In this document: piece by piece, positions 54,478 to 63,524 of the stretch
Layout of the letters: each line of letters starts with the position of its first letter
Numbering within the stretch: the first letter of the stretch is position 1
Source: Myxococcota bacterium
GTDB lineage: Bacteria > Myxococcota_A > UBA796
Reading direction: 5' to 3'
DNA length: 64,000 bases
Assembly (NCBI GenBank): GCA_047621685.1
Contig: JBLHNG010000002.1
Coordinates: forward strand, 2,350 to 66,349
Translations under genes and position numbers: made by a program
The notes under the pieces: generated by a model
What the model saw: only the letters and a program-made list of their open reading frames with translations
What the model was told of the DNA's origin: nothing
The model's database searches: none

Positions 54478-54993
54478 ATGCCCACCCTCCCGCTTGAGCG
54501 AGACGAGACGCTGGCCCTCCGCTGGCCGCCCGACGCCTCACCCCCGCCGCCTCCCGACCTCCCCCGCGGGTACACCCTGCGCGTCGGCGTGGACCGGGCC
54601 GCTTTCGCATCCACCCAGGCTGCGATCGGGTTTGAGGTCACCGATGCGGCCTGGAGCCGGCTGGTCGAGCAGCTCGCGGCAGGCGCGATGGTCTTTGCCG
54701 AGACGACCGACACCCACGAGCCGGTCGCGGTCGCTGCCGCGGAGCACTGCGCGGACGGCTGGGTCGAGCCAGGCTGGGTCGCGGTGGCTCCAGTCCATCG
54801 GGGAGCAGGCCTCGGCCTCGCGGTCTGCACGGCGCTCACCCGGCACCTGCTGAGCCACGGGCACCACCGCCTCATCGGCTCAACCCAGGATCACCGGCTC
54901 GCCGCGCTGCGCATCTACCTCACCCTGGGCTTTCAGCCGGTGCTCCGTCCGGAGAAGGCGGCGCGATGGCAGGCGGTGATGCTCCAGGTGTGA
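54478..54993 (+). CDS. GNAT-family N-acetyltransferase
   Basis: ATG 54478 preceded by GAGGAG. ..WVAVAPVHRGAGLGLAVCTAL.. is the acetyl-CoA binding motif. Confidence 0.7.
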   Translation: MPTLPLERDETLALRWPPDASPPPPPDLPRGYTLRVGVDRAAFASTQAAIGFEVTDAAWSRLVEQLAAGAMVFAETTDTHEPVAVAAAEHCADGWVEPGWVAVAPVHRGAGLGLAVCTALTRHLLSHGHHRLIGSTQDHRLAALRIYLTLGFQPVLRPEKAARWQAVMLQV

Positions 54994-55145
54994 GAGGAGA
55001 CCGCCACAGCACCCCGGTAGAGTGTCGGTGACTTTCGGGAGCCTCCGTCCGCGCGATCCTGCCGCTGTTCTTCCTCTCTGGCGCCAGCGCCCTGATCTAC
55101 CAGGTCAGCTGGACGCGGCAGCTCGGCCTTCTGTTTGGCACCACG

Positions 55146-57344
55146 GTGCAGTCCGCAGCAGTGGTCACCGGGGTCTTCATGGCGGGCCTCGGGCTGGGCG
55201 CGTGGGCGGGAGGGGCCTGGGCGGACCGACGGCAGACCGGCGCGCTGAGGGCGTATGGACTCGTCGAGCTTGCGGTGGCGGGCTGGGGGATGGCCCTGGC
55301 GGTGCTGCTGCCGGGGGTGTCGCTGGAGGCGAGCTGGCAGGTCGGTGAGGCGGGCTGGCTGTGGCCGGCGGACCTCGGACGTCGCATCGGGTTGGCGATC
55401 GCCCTGCTCGGCCCGCCAGCCGCGCTGATGGGTGCGACGGTGAGCCTGCTGTCCCGGCGGGTGCTGGCGGGACATGTCGGCTCGACCGGCTGGCGCATGG
55501 GCGTGCTGATGGGGGCCAACACCGCCGGGGCCGCGACGGGCGCGCTGGCCTGTGACCTGTGGCTGGTGCCAGCAGTCGGGGTCTTCGGCACCCAGGGGGT
55601 CGCGGCGGGCATCGGCCTGCTCGCAGGTATCGGGGCGCTGCTGCTGCCGGATGCGCCCGCCGAGCCATCACCTGCGGTCGGACAGGCGCCGAGCCGCTAC
55701 GCCCTGTCGCTGGCCCTGGGCGGGGTGGCGGCGATGGGGCTGGAGGTGGTGTGGTTTCGGTTCATCGCCAGCGCGCTGGGCAGCTTCCGAGCAGCGCTGT
55801 CGATGACCCTGGCGGTGGTGCTGGTCGGTCTGTGGCTCGGCGCGCTGCTGGCCGGCCTCCTGGAGCGCACCACCCGGCGTCCGGCGCTGCTGCTGGCTGG
55901 CGGACAGGTCGCCACCGCAGTGCTGGCGCTGGCGGCGTTTGTGCTGTTCTCCCCCGATGACGTGCTCTCCGCGCAGCTCAGCCTGCCGCCCCTGCCCGCC
56001 AACCTCTCCACCGCCGCCCGGCTCGTCCTGCCTGCCGCCATCGCGATGGGCATGGCCTTCCCCCTCGCCGCTGCCGCAGTGCAGGGACCGGAGAGCCACC
56101 TGGGTCGGCGGACCGGCGCGCTGTTCGCCGCAGGATCGGCGGGCAACCTGCTGGGTGCGCTGGGGACCGGGTTCGTGCTGCTGCCGATCCTCGGCATGCA
56201 GGGGGCGCTGCTGGTGCTGGCCTGCTCAGCGATTGCTGCGGCAGCGGTCGCCGTCCCTCCGCATCGGTGGTGGATCCTGGTGCCCGGCGGGGTCGCGGTG
56301 ATGCTGTTCTCGGGGCTGCCAGACGGGCGGATCCTGGCGGCGTCGTTTCCAGCGGGTCGGCTGGCGATGGAGGGGGTGCTGGCGGTGTCTGAGGGTGCTG
56401 AGCAGACCATCGTGGTGACTGGCGCGCCTCAAGGCCCCGCCCGGCTGTGGACCGGGGGCCACCCGATGTCCAGCACCACCCCACACGCCCAGCGGTACAT
56501 GCGGTTCATGGCCCACATGCCCCTGCTTCTCCATCCGGATCCGACCCGAGCACTGGTGATCTGCTTCGGGGTCGGCAACACCACCCACGCCGTCTCCCTG
56601 CACCCCTCCATGGCAGCCATCGACGTCGCCGACCTCTCCCCGGAGGTCCTCCGACACGCCAGCTGGTTCTCCCACGCCAACCGCGACGTGCTGGATGACC
56701 CGCGGGTCCAGGTCTTCGTCGACGACGGTCGTCGGGTGCTCGCATCGGCTGGGCCAGACTACGACCTCATCACCCTGGAGCCCCCGCCCATCGCCTACGC
56801 CGGGGTCTCGGCCCTCTACAGCCGCGAGCTGTATGAGCAGGCGGAGGCGCGGCTGTCTGACGGCGGATTCCTCAGCCAGTGGGTGCCCGGCTATCAAGTC
56901 CCAGCCCCGGCGGTGCTGGCCCTGGTGCGGGCGTTTGTGGAGGTCTTCCCCGACGCGGTGCTGTTCGTCGCCGACCGACGGGAGCTGGTGCTGGTCGGGC
57001 GGAAGGGCGGGATGGGGTCGGTGGATCTCGCGGAACTCCAGCAGCGCATCGACGGGCGCCCGGAAGTGGCCGCGGACCTGGAGGCGATCGCGCTGCCCGA
57101 CGCCGTCGCCCTCACCGGACGGTTCGCTCTCACCGGGCTGCTCGATGTCACCGCGGGAGTCGCCCCGATCACCGACGACAATCCAGTCCTGGAGTATGCC
57201 CAGGACTCTCAGGTCACCCAGACCCGCCTGCCGCCGAGCCTGTTCGATGTCACCGGGATCGGGGCGTGGTGCCCGGAGTGTGCAGTGCCCGAGGCGGACT
57301 ATGGCGCGGAGTCGTTCCTGCGGTTCTCGAACATGCCGGAGTGA
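55146..57344 (+). CDS. fused polytopic-membrane/spermidine-synthase-like protein
   Basis: The N-terminal half is multi-TM and the C-terminal half is methyltransferase-fold (..LVICFGVGNT.., DLITLEPPP). The conserved N-terminal LFFLSGASALIYQVSWTRQLGLLFG lies in frame upstream of the listed GTG 55146, and the frame is open from 55032, so the true start is earlier and non-canonical or frame-shifted. Confidence 0.7.
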   Translation: MQSAAVVTGVFMAGLGLGAWAGGAWADRRQTGALRAYGLVELAVAGWGMALAVLLPGVSLEASWQVGEAGWLWPADLGRRIGLAIALLGPPAALMGATVSLLSRRVLAGHVGSTGWRMGVLMGANTAGAATGALACDLWLVPAVGVFGTQGVAAGIGLLAGIGALLLPDAPAEPSPAVGQAPSRYALSLALGGVAAMGLEVVWFRFIASALGSFRAALSMTLAVVLVGLWLGALLAGLLERTTRRPALLLAGGQVATAVLALAAFVLFSPDDVLSAQLSLPPLPANLSTAARLVLPAAIAMGMAFPLAAAAVQGPESHLGRRTGALFAAGSAGNLLGALGTGFVLLPILGMQGALLVLACSAIAAAAVAVPPHRWWILVPGGVAVMLFSGLPDGRILAASFPAGRLAMEGVLAVSEGAEQTIVVTGAPQGPARLWTGGHPMSSTTPHAQRYMRFMAHMPLLLHPDPTRALVICFGVGNTTHAVSLHPSMAAIDVADLSPEVLRHASWFSHANRDVLDDPRVQVFVDDGRRVLASAGPDYDLITLEPPPIAYAGVSALYSRELYEQAEARLSDGGFLSQWVPGYQVPAPAVLALVRAFVEVFPDAVLFVADRRELVLVGRKGGMGSVDLAELQQRIDGRPEVAADLEAIALPDAVALTGRFALTGLLDVTAGVAPITDDNPVLEYAQDSQVTQTRLPPSLFDVTGIGAWCPECAVPEADYGAESFLRFSNMPE

Positions 57345-57390
57345 GCCATTCCACTGCCTTAGAGCCAGCGCGAGGTGGTATCATCAGAGG

Positions 57391-58908
57391 GTGATACTGC
57401 TCCTGATAGCCTGTAAACCAACTCCCGAAGTCCCTCCAGACTCCGGCTCCCAAGACACCACAGACACCGCAGACACCGCAGACACCAGCAACGTGCCCGA
57501 CGAGCCACCGCTGGCCCACGCGGATGTGGTGATCATCGGCGGCGGAGCCAGCGGACTGAGCGCCGGGCTGGTGGCCACCGCGGCCGGTGCCAGCGTGCTG
57601 ATCCTGGAGCGGGAGAGCGTGCTCGGCGGCTCGGGGACCTACGCCGGCAACTTCTTCGCCGCTGGCACGACCTGGCAGGACGAGGAGGGCATCGAGGACA
57701 GCCCTGAGCAGGCCCTCGAAGAGTGGGCGGACTTCACCAACGGCGGCGATCCCACCCACCCCTGGGTGCAGAACTTCGTCTACAGCTCCGCGGAGAACCT
57801 CGACTGGCTGGGGGACTACGGGGGCAGCTTCGCCGGCCTGACCGACGACCTCGGCGGCGGCTCCACTCCACGCATCCACACCCTCCAGCCGACCAACAAA
57901 GGCCACCCGGTTCAGGTCATGGCCAACCTCATGAACGAGGACGCCTGGCCGAACACCACCGGAGTCGGGCTGATCATCTCCGGCGGTGCGGTGATCGGGG
58001 TGAGCATTGAGGACGCCGACGGCACTACCGGCTGGGTGGAGGGCGGCGCGGTCATCGTGGCCACTGGAGGCTTCGCCCGCAACGACAGCCGGGTCTATGC
58101 GGTGCTCCCCGAGCTGAAGGCGCTGCCCCGGCACACCGGCGCCTGGCACAGCGCCGACGGCAACGGCCTGGACCTCATCGAGTCGGTCGGCGGCGCGCTG
58201 GAGAACATGGAGAACATCGCCCTCTACGGCCACAGCACCACCGACGCCAACCTCGGCAGCCCTGAGATCCAGCTCGTGATCAATGTCGAGGGCGGCATGG
58301 TGGTCGGGTCGAGTGGCATGCGGGTGATGAACGAGGACAACCTCCGCGGCGTGTGGGGTGGTCGGGCGGCGCTGACCCACGGGCAGCTCCTGGGCATCTA
58401 CGACAGCGACCGGTGGGACCTCCTGCAGATGACCGGCTTCGGCTACAACTACATGCCGATCACCGACGGGCAGACCACCGCGTCGGAGTACGCCACCCTC
58501 ATGGACATCGCCCACGCCGACACCCTCCAGGAGCTGGGCCAGCAGCTCTCCATCGACGGCGATGTCCTGCTGCAGAGCGTCATGGACTACAACGCCGCTG
58601 TCGAGGGCGGCGAAGACACTGCGTTCGGTCGAGACGTCTCCCAGGTCTCCACCCTCCGCATCGCGCCGTTCTACGCCCTGCCCCTCGCCGCAGCCACCGG
58701 CAAGAGCTTCGGTGGCGCGGCGCTGGCGGAGGACGGCGGGGTGCTGGGCGTGGACGGCGAGGTCATCCCCGGGCTGTTCGCCGCCGGGGAGGTCGCCGGG
58801 GCTCTCGGCGGAGACCACATCGGACAGGGCATCTCCGGCTCCATCGCCGCGATCATCTACACCGGCCGCATCGCCGGAGCGAGTGCGGCGGCCTACGCGA
58901 TGGAGTGA
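57391..58908 (+). CDS. FAD-dependent oxidoreductase lipoprotein (fumarate reductase/flavocytochrome flavoprotein-like)
   Basis: GTG 57391 (VILLLIAC lipobox). DVVIIGGGASGLSAG dinucleotide fold. ..GLFAAGEVAG.. C-terminal FAD motif. Confidence 0.75.
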   Translation: MILLLIACKPTPEVPPDSGSQDTTDTADTADTSNVPDEPPLAHADVVIIGGGASGLSAGLVATAAGASVLILERESVLGGSGTYAGNFFAAGTTWQDEEGIEDSPEQALEEWADFTNGGDPTHPWVQNFVYSSAENLDWLGDYGGSFAGLTDDLGGGSTPRIHTLQPTNKGHPVQVMANLMNEDAWPNTTGVGLIISGGAVIGVSIEDADGTTGWVEGGAVIVATGGFARNDSRVYAVLPELKALPRHTGAWHSADGNGLDLIESVGGALENMENIALYGHSTTDANLGSPEIQLVINVEGGMVVGSSGMRVMNEDNLRGVWGGRAALTHGQLLGIYDSDRWDLLQMTGFGYNYMPITDGQTTASEYATLMDIAHADTLQELGQQLSIDGDVLLQSVMDYNAAVEGGEDTAFGRDVSQVSTLRIAPFYALPLAAATGKSFGGAALAEDGGVLGVDGEVIPGLFAAGEVAGALGGDHIGQGISGSIAAIIYTGRIAGASAAAYAME

Positions 58909-58959
58909 GCTTGTCATCATGGCTCGATTCTCGAATACTCAGGCTCAACCGGGATCAAC

Positions 58960-61860
58960 ATGTCCAGATCAGGACCTTCCATCCTCCTCGCTCTCCTCAT
59001 CGGCTGTCGAGCCTCCGATAAGATCGATGAGGAGGAGATCGACACCGGGAGCGTCTCCGAGACGCCCGATGCCGATGCCGACGGATATGACGCCGACGAA
59101 GACTGCGACGACGCGAATTCTGTGGTCAACCCCGGTGCCTCTGAGATCTGCGACGGGATCGACAACAATTGCGACGGCATCGTCGATGATGGCGTCACAA
59201 CGACCTTCTACTCAGACACCGACGGCGACGGCTTCGGGGACTCCGAGGCCACCACCGAGGCCTGCGAGCAGCCGTCAGGGTACGTGCCCATCGGCAACGA
59301 CTGCGACGACAGCAACGGCGAGGTCTACCCCTCCGCCCCCGAGCGATGCGACGGCCTCGACAACGACTGCAATGGCGACATCGACGAGGGCCTCACCGAG
59401 CACTGGTACGCAGACGGCGACGGAGATGGCTTCGGGGACTCCACGAGTGGCATCGAGTCCTGTGACCCAAAGCAGGGCTATGTCGCGGATGACACCGACT
59501 GCGACGACACCGATCCCACTGCGTACCCCGGCGGCGAGGAGGTCTGCGATGAGGCGGACAACGACTGCGACGGCGACACTGATGAGGGTGTCACCACGAC
59601 GTACTACGAGGACATCGACGCCGACGGCTACGGGGTCTCTGACACCACCACCGAGTCCTGCGACCTCCCCACAGGCTACGCAGAGGTCGCAGGCGACTGC
59701 GATGACGCCGTGGCGGCGGTAAACCCCGGCGCTGCGGAGGTCTGCGATGAAATCGACAACGACTGCGACGGCGAGATCGACACCGACGCGGAGGACTTCG
59801 CCACCTTCTACGCCGACACTGACGGCGACGGCTTCGGCGATGCAGGCGACACCACCGACGCCTGCGAGGCACCCAGCGGCACCGTCACCGATGACACCGA
59901 CTGCGACGACGGTGACTCGGCGATCAACCCGGACGCCGCGGAGGTCTGCGACGGCGCGGACAACGACTGCGACGGCGACATCGACGACGACGATGCCAGC
60001 CTCGACACCAGCACCACCGACACCTTCTACACCGACGATGACGGAGACGGCTTCGGAGACGCAGGCGCCCCGGTGCTCACCTGCGAGGCGCCCTCTGGCA
60101 CCGTCACCGACGACACAGACTGCGACGACACCGACGCCTCCATCAACCCCGACGCCGACGAGATCTGCAGCGGGGTCGACGACGACTGCGATGGGGTCAC
60201 CGATGACCTCGGTCCTGCCGACATCTCCGCAGGCTCCCTGAGCGGCGAGGCGCGCTATCAGTACAGCCCGGTGGCTGCCGGGGCGGGCTACCTGGAGGCG
60301 AGCTGGTCTGCGGAGCCGGTGGCGGACAGCTACGAGCTGGCGGTGGGCAGCAGCGCCGGGGACGACGATGTGGAGGGCTGGACCGACGTCGGTCTGGTCA
60401 CCAGCGCCACCCTGAGCGGGCTGACCCTGGAGGGGGCCTGGGACGACGCGGAGTACTACGTCTCCGTCCGCGCGGTCAACGGCACGACCGCTTGCGACCT
60501 CAGCGCGACCTCTGAGGCGGTGCAGATTGCAGAGGCGGAGACCTGGACGGGCGACGTGGCCGATCTGCGAGACTCCGACGACCGGGGCGGCTACACCGAG
60601 GACTGGCCGGAGAGCGGGGTGGACGCGGTCTACGGCGAGCACTGGTTCGAGAGCGTCTCAATCGACGCAGACACCGTGGTGATGGTGCAGGGCTGGGGGC
60701 TGGTCGATGGGGTGACCTCGGGCATCTCCAGCACAGATGCCGCAGTGACGGATCCAGGGGACGGCTGGCTCTCGCTGTTCACCAATGACCTCCTCCTCGC
60801 AGGCACGATCACCGCCTCAGGGCGGGGCTACGGCGGCGGCGCGGGCGGCGGGGCCGGAGTGCTCGGCGGCTACCAGGGCTACGGCGGCGACGGCGGGCTG
60901 GGCGGCGACGGCGGAGCGACCTCCAGCTACTCCGGTGGCGGCGGCGGCGGCTCGCCGGGTGGGGCGGGCGGCGTCGGCGTGACCACTGGCGGCGACGGCA
61001 ACCTCTTCGGCGGCGGCAGCGGCGGCACCGGGTGCAGCGGCTCAAGCGGACGCGACGGCGGAGACGGCAGCAGCGGAAACGCCGGCGGCACCGGCAGCAC
61101 GGCGTCCTCGGGCACTCCGGGCAGCGGCGGCGTCGGTGAGTTCGCTGCGGGCGGCGGCGACGGGGTGAGCGGCTGCGACAACTGGACGGGCGGCGGCGGC
61201 GGCGGCTACGGCGGCGGCGGCAGCGGCGGCGCACAGTGGGGGAGCGCCACGCTGGAGGCCTCTGGCGGCGGCGCAGGCGGATCGGGCGGCAGCGGCGGCT
61301 CGCTGAGCGTGCACGGTGCGGACGCCGCCGGAGCCTACGCTGGCAGCGGGGGCACCAGCTCCGGCGGCTACACCGGCACCGTGGGCAGCAACGGCGGCTA
61401 CCTCTCCACCGCAGGCAACGGCGACACCAGCACCGATCGCGGCCTGGCGCTTGGCGGGGGCGGCGGCGGCGGCAGCGGCGGCTACCAGGAGACCGGCGGA
61501 GCTGGCGGCGGCGCGGGCGGCGGGGCGATCACCCTGTATGCCTGGGAGAGCCTGACCATCGAGAGCACCGCGGCGCTGCTTGCCAACGGCGCAGGCGGCG
61601 GCGGCGGCGCCCAAGACAACGGCGGCAACTCCACCAGCGCGGCAGGCGGGGTGGGGGCCGGCGGCGGCATCCTGCTGGAGGCCCGGGATCTCACCATCGA
61701 CACCGACCACCCCTACATCAGCGCCACGGGCGGAGACGGGCAGACCAGCAACGGCGGCACCATCAAGCTGTTCTACGACAGCCTCTCCGGTGCCGCCCCC
61801 TCCAGCAGCGCCGCCGGTCGGATCTACGACGCTGGCAGCGGGAGCTGGCAGGAGCCCTGA
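58960..61860 (+). CDS. giant lipoprotein with six MopE-type Cys/Asp metal-binding motifs, a central domain and a glycine-dominated C-terminal region
   Basis: 966 aa with lipobox LLIGC. Six CDD.....NPGA.E.CDG.DNDCDG units alternating with DGDG(F/Y)G. The C-terminal part is made of GGxGG runs ending in a short non-Gly cap. Confidence 0.8.
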   Translation: MSRSGPSILLALLIGCRASDKIDEEEIDTGSVSETPDADADGYDADEDCDDANSVVNPGASEICDGIDNNCDGIVDDGVTTTFYSDTDGDGFGDSEATTEACEQPSGYVPIGNDCDDSNGEVYPSAPERCDGLDNDCNGDIDEGLTEHWYADGDGDGFGDSTSGIESCDPKQGYVADDTDCDDTDPTAYPGGEEVCDEADNDCDGDTDEGVTTTYYEDIDADGYGVSDTTTESCDLPTGYAEVAGDCDDAVAAVNPGAAEVCDEIDNDCDGEIDTDAEDFATFYADTDGDGFGDAGDTTDACEAPSGTVTDDTDCDDGDSAINPDAAEVCDGADNDCDGDIDDDDASLDTSTTDTFYTDDDGDGFGDAGAPVLTCEAPSGTVTDDTDCDDTDASINPDADEICSGVDDDCDGVTDDLGPADISAGSLSGEARYQYSPVAAGAGYLEASWSAEPVADSYELAVGSSAGDDDVEGWTDVGLVTSATLSGLTLEGAWDDAEYYVSVRAVNGTTACDLSATSEAVQIAEAETWTGDVADLRDSDDRGGYTEDWPESGVDAVYGEHWFESVSIDADTVVMVQGWGLVDGVTSGISSTDAAVTDPGDGWLSLFTNDLLLAGTITASGRGYGGGAGGGAGVLGGYQGYGGDGGLGGDGGATSSYSGGGGGGSPGGAGGVGVTTGGDGNLFGGGSGGTGCSGSSGRDGGDGSSGNAGGTGSTASSGTPGSGGVGEFAAGGGDGVSGCDNWTGGGGGGYGGGGSGGAQWGSATLEASGGGAGGSGGSGGSLSVHGADAAGAYAGSGGTSSGGYTGTVGSNGGYLSTAGNGDTSTDRGLALGGGGGGGSGGYQETGGAGGGAGGGAITLYAWESLTIESTAALLANGAGGGGGAQDNGGNSTSAAGGVGAGGGILLEARDLTIDTDHPYISATGGDGQTSNGGTIKLFYDSLSGAAPSSSAAGRIYDAGSGSWQEP

Positions 61861-61864
61861 GCCC

Positions 61865-62560
61865 TCACCGCCCGTTCACCGAGAAGTGCTGGTAGTCCTT
61901 CAGACTCGACCAATTCCCACCCCACTTCCACCCCACCGCCACAAACGCCACCACCACCGGCCCGTCTACCGCGATCATCCCCGGTCGCACGTCACCCCGG
62001 TCGAGGAACGCCGCTCCGGCAGGCGGCAGCACCTTCTTCCCGCGCACATACGGGTTCTCGATCGTGTTGATGTCGATGGCGTGGCCGTAGCTGTGCTGGG
62101 AGAAGCCCCCGCCGCCGGTGACTGCGCGGCAGTTGAACGCCGAGGTGTTGTCGTCGGCCATCGAGGCGTCGTCGGAGCCGCCGTAGTGGTAGGTCGGCTT
62201 CATCCGCCGGATCGCAAACTGAGCCTCGAACAGCGCGGCGAACACCCCGACCAGCGCCTCGGCGTGCTCTCCTGCCACGATCAGCTCCCCGGTGGTCGCA
62301 TTGCCGTCGAAGTCCCAGTGCGACAGGCGCAGCAGCCGCAGCTCGTCGAGGCCCACCGGGCAGCCCTCCCGCCAGGTCACTCCGGTCATCGCAGCGCGCA
62401 TGTCCTCAGGGATCGGCTCGATGGTTCCAGAGAACACCGGCTCAGGCGGCTCCGGAGGCTTCGGTGCTGCGACCGGCTCGGGGATGGGTGTGGGCTCAAC
62501 AACCGGCGGTGGCTCCGGCAGCTCGGGTGCCGACTTCACACAGGCAAGCAACGACATCAT
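61865..62560 (-). CDS. M15-family D-Ala-D-Ala carboxypeptidase/VanY-like metallopeptidase lipoprotein
   Basis: ATG 62560 (MMSLLAC lipobox) with a Pro-rich linker. SQHSYGHAIDIN and DYQHFS are Zn-ligand motifs. Confidence 0.8.
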   Translation of the reverse strand: MMSLLACVKSAPELPEPPPVVEPTPIPEPVAAPKPPEPPEPVFSGTIEPIPEDMRAAMTGVTWREGCPVGLDELRLLRLSHWDFDGNATTGELIVAGEHAEALVGVFAALFEAQFAIRRMKPTYHYGGSDDASMADDNTSAFNCRAVTGGGGFSQHSYGHAIDINTIENPYVRGKKVLPPAGAAFLDRGDVRPGMIAVDGPVVVAFVAVGWKWGGNWSSLKDYQHFSVNGR

Positions 62561-62686
62561 CCACACAGCCCCTCCAGATCGCACCCGGAGGCTACCATCT
62601 GGGTGGTTCGGTGAACTTCAGGTAAAGCCTCTGGAGGATCCAGATGGCGCCCTGTAGGCTGATCATGAACAATTGGGGAGGGAAGG

Positions 62687-63505
62687 ATGAGAAACCTGAG
62701 CCTGACCGGGCTGGTGATCTGCCTGACTATGGGCTGTGATCCGAAGATCGAAGACGGCGAGAATGACACCCGTCCGGATCTCGACACCACAGACACCACC
62801 GGCGAAGACACCACCGACACGGTCGATGACCCCGACGATGACCCCGACGACGACAGCGACGGCGACGGCCTGACCAACGCCGAGGAGGAGGCCTTCGGCA
62901 CCGACCCGAGCAACGCAGACTCCGACGGCGATGGCTACGACGACGGCGAGGAGGTCAACACCCACAACACCAACCCGGCCTACGCCTACAGCCACCCCTA
63001 CACCGGCGACTACAACGTCGGCTGGTGTGAGACCCCGCCCGCCCCCACCGGTCCCAGCGGCTCCGGGCAGTACGGCGCGTCCTACCAGGCCGGCGACGTC
63101 GCCGAGAACTTCACCCTCACCGACCAGCACGGTGAGCAGGTCGACCTCTACTCGTTCTGTGGTCAGTACATCATGATCGCGTTCGGTGCGTTCTGGTGAA
63201 GCTCGTGCCAGTCTCTCGCCCGTGAGGCGCAGAGCAACATGGACCGGTACGGTCCGCGCGGCTTCCAGGCCATCGACATCCTCATCGAGAACAACAACAG
63301 CAACGCCCCGACTCAGGGCGATCTCGCACAGTGGGCAAACAACGCCGGAATGCTGACCGTTCCCGTCCTCAATGACGGCAACTACACCAACTGGGCGCAG
63401 TACGAGCAGGACTTCTACATCCCCACCACCATCCACATCGGCCCGGACATGACCGTGCTTTCAGTGGATCAGGGGATCACGGATCCTGGTCAGTTCGTCC
63501 CCTGA
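62687..63505 (+). CDS. thioredoxin-fold (TlpA/redoxin-like) lipoprotein with in-frame TGA at the redox motif; candidate selenoprotein (UxxC)
   Basis: ORFs 62687..63199 and 63239..63505 are in the same frame. The junction reads ..IMIAFGAFW-TGA-SSCQSL.., so the TGA replaces the first Cys of WCxxC. The downstream part completes a redoxin fold. A hairpin follows 13 nt after the TGA. Confidence 0.6.
63213..63234 (+). promoter_or_regulatory. SECIS-like stem-loop downstream of the in-frame TGA
   Basis: ctctcgcc / ggcg(c)agag is an 8-bp stem with one bulged C and a 5-nt loop cgtga. The loop lies 24-28 nt from the U of the UGA. Confidence 0.4.
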
Positions 63506-63524
63506 TCCGAGTCACTTCGCTGCA

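Noticed and set aside
63197-63239. Reading the TGA at 63197 as a true stop, with a separate 88-aa gene starting at ATG 63239
   Set aside because: This would cut a thioredoxin fold in two, exactly at its CxxC motif. The second ORF has no Shine-Dalgarno or signal of its own and is in the same frame. A recent nonsense pseudogene remains a possible alternative to Sec decoding.
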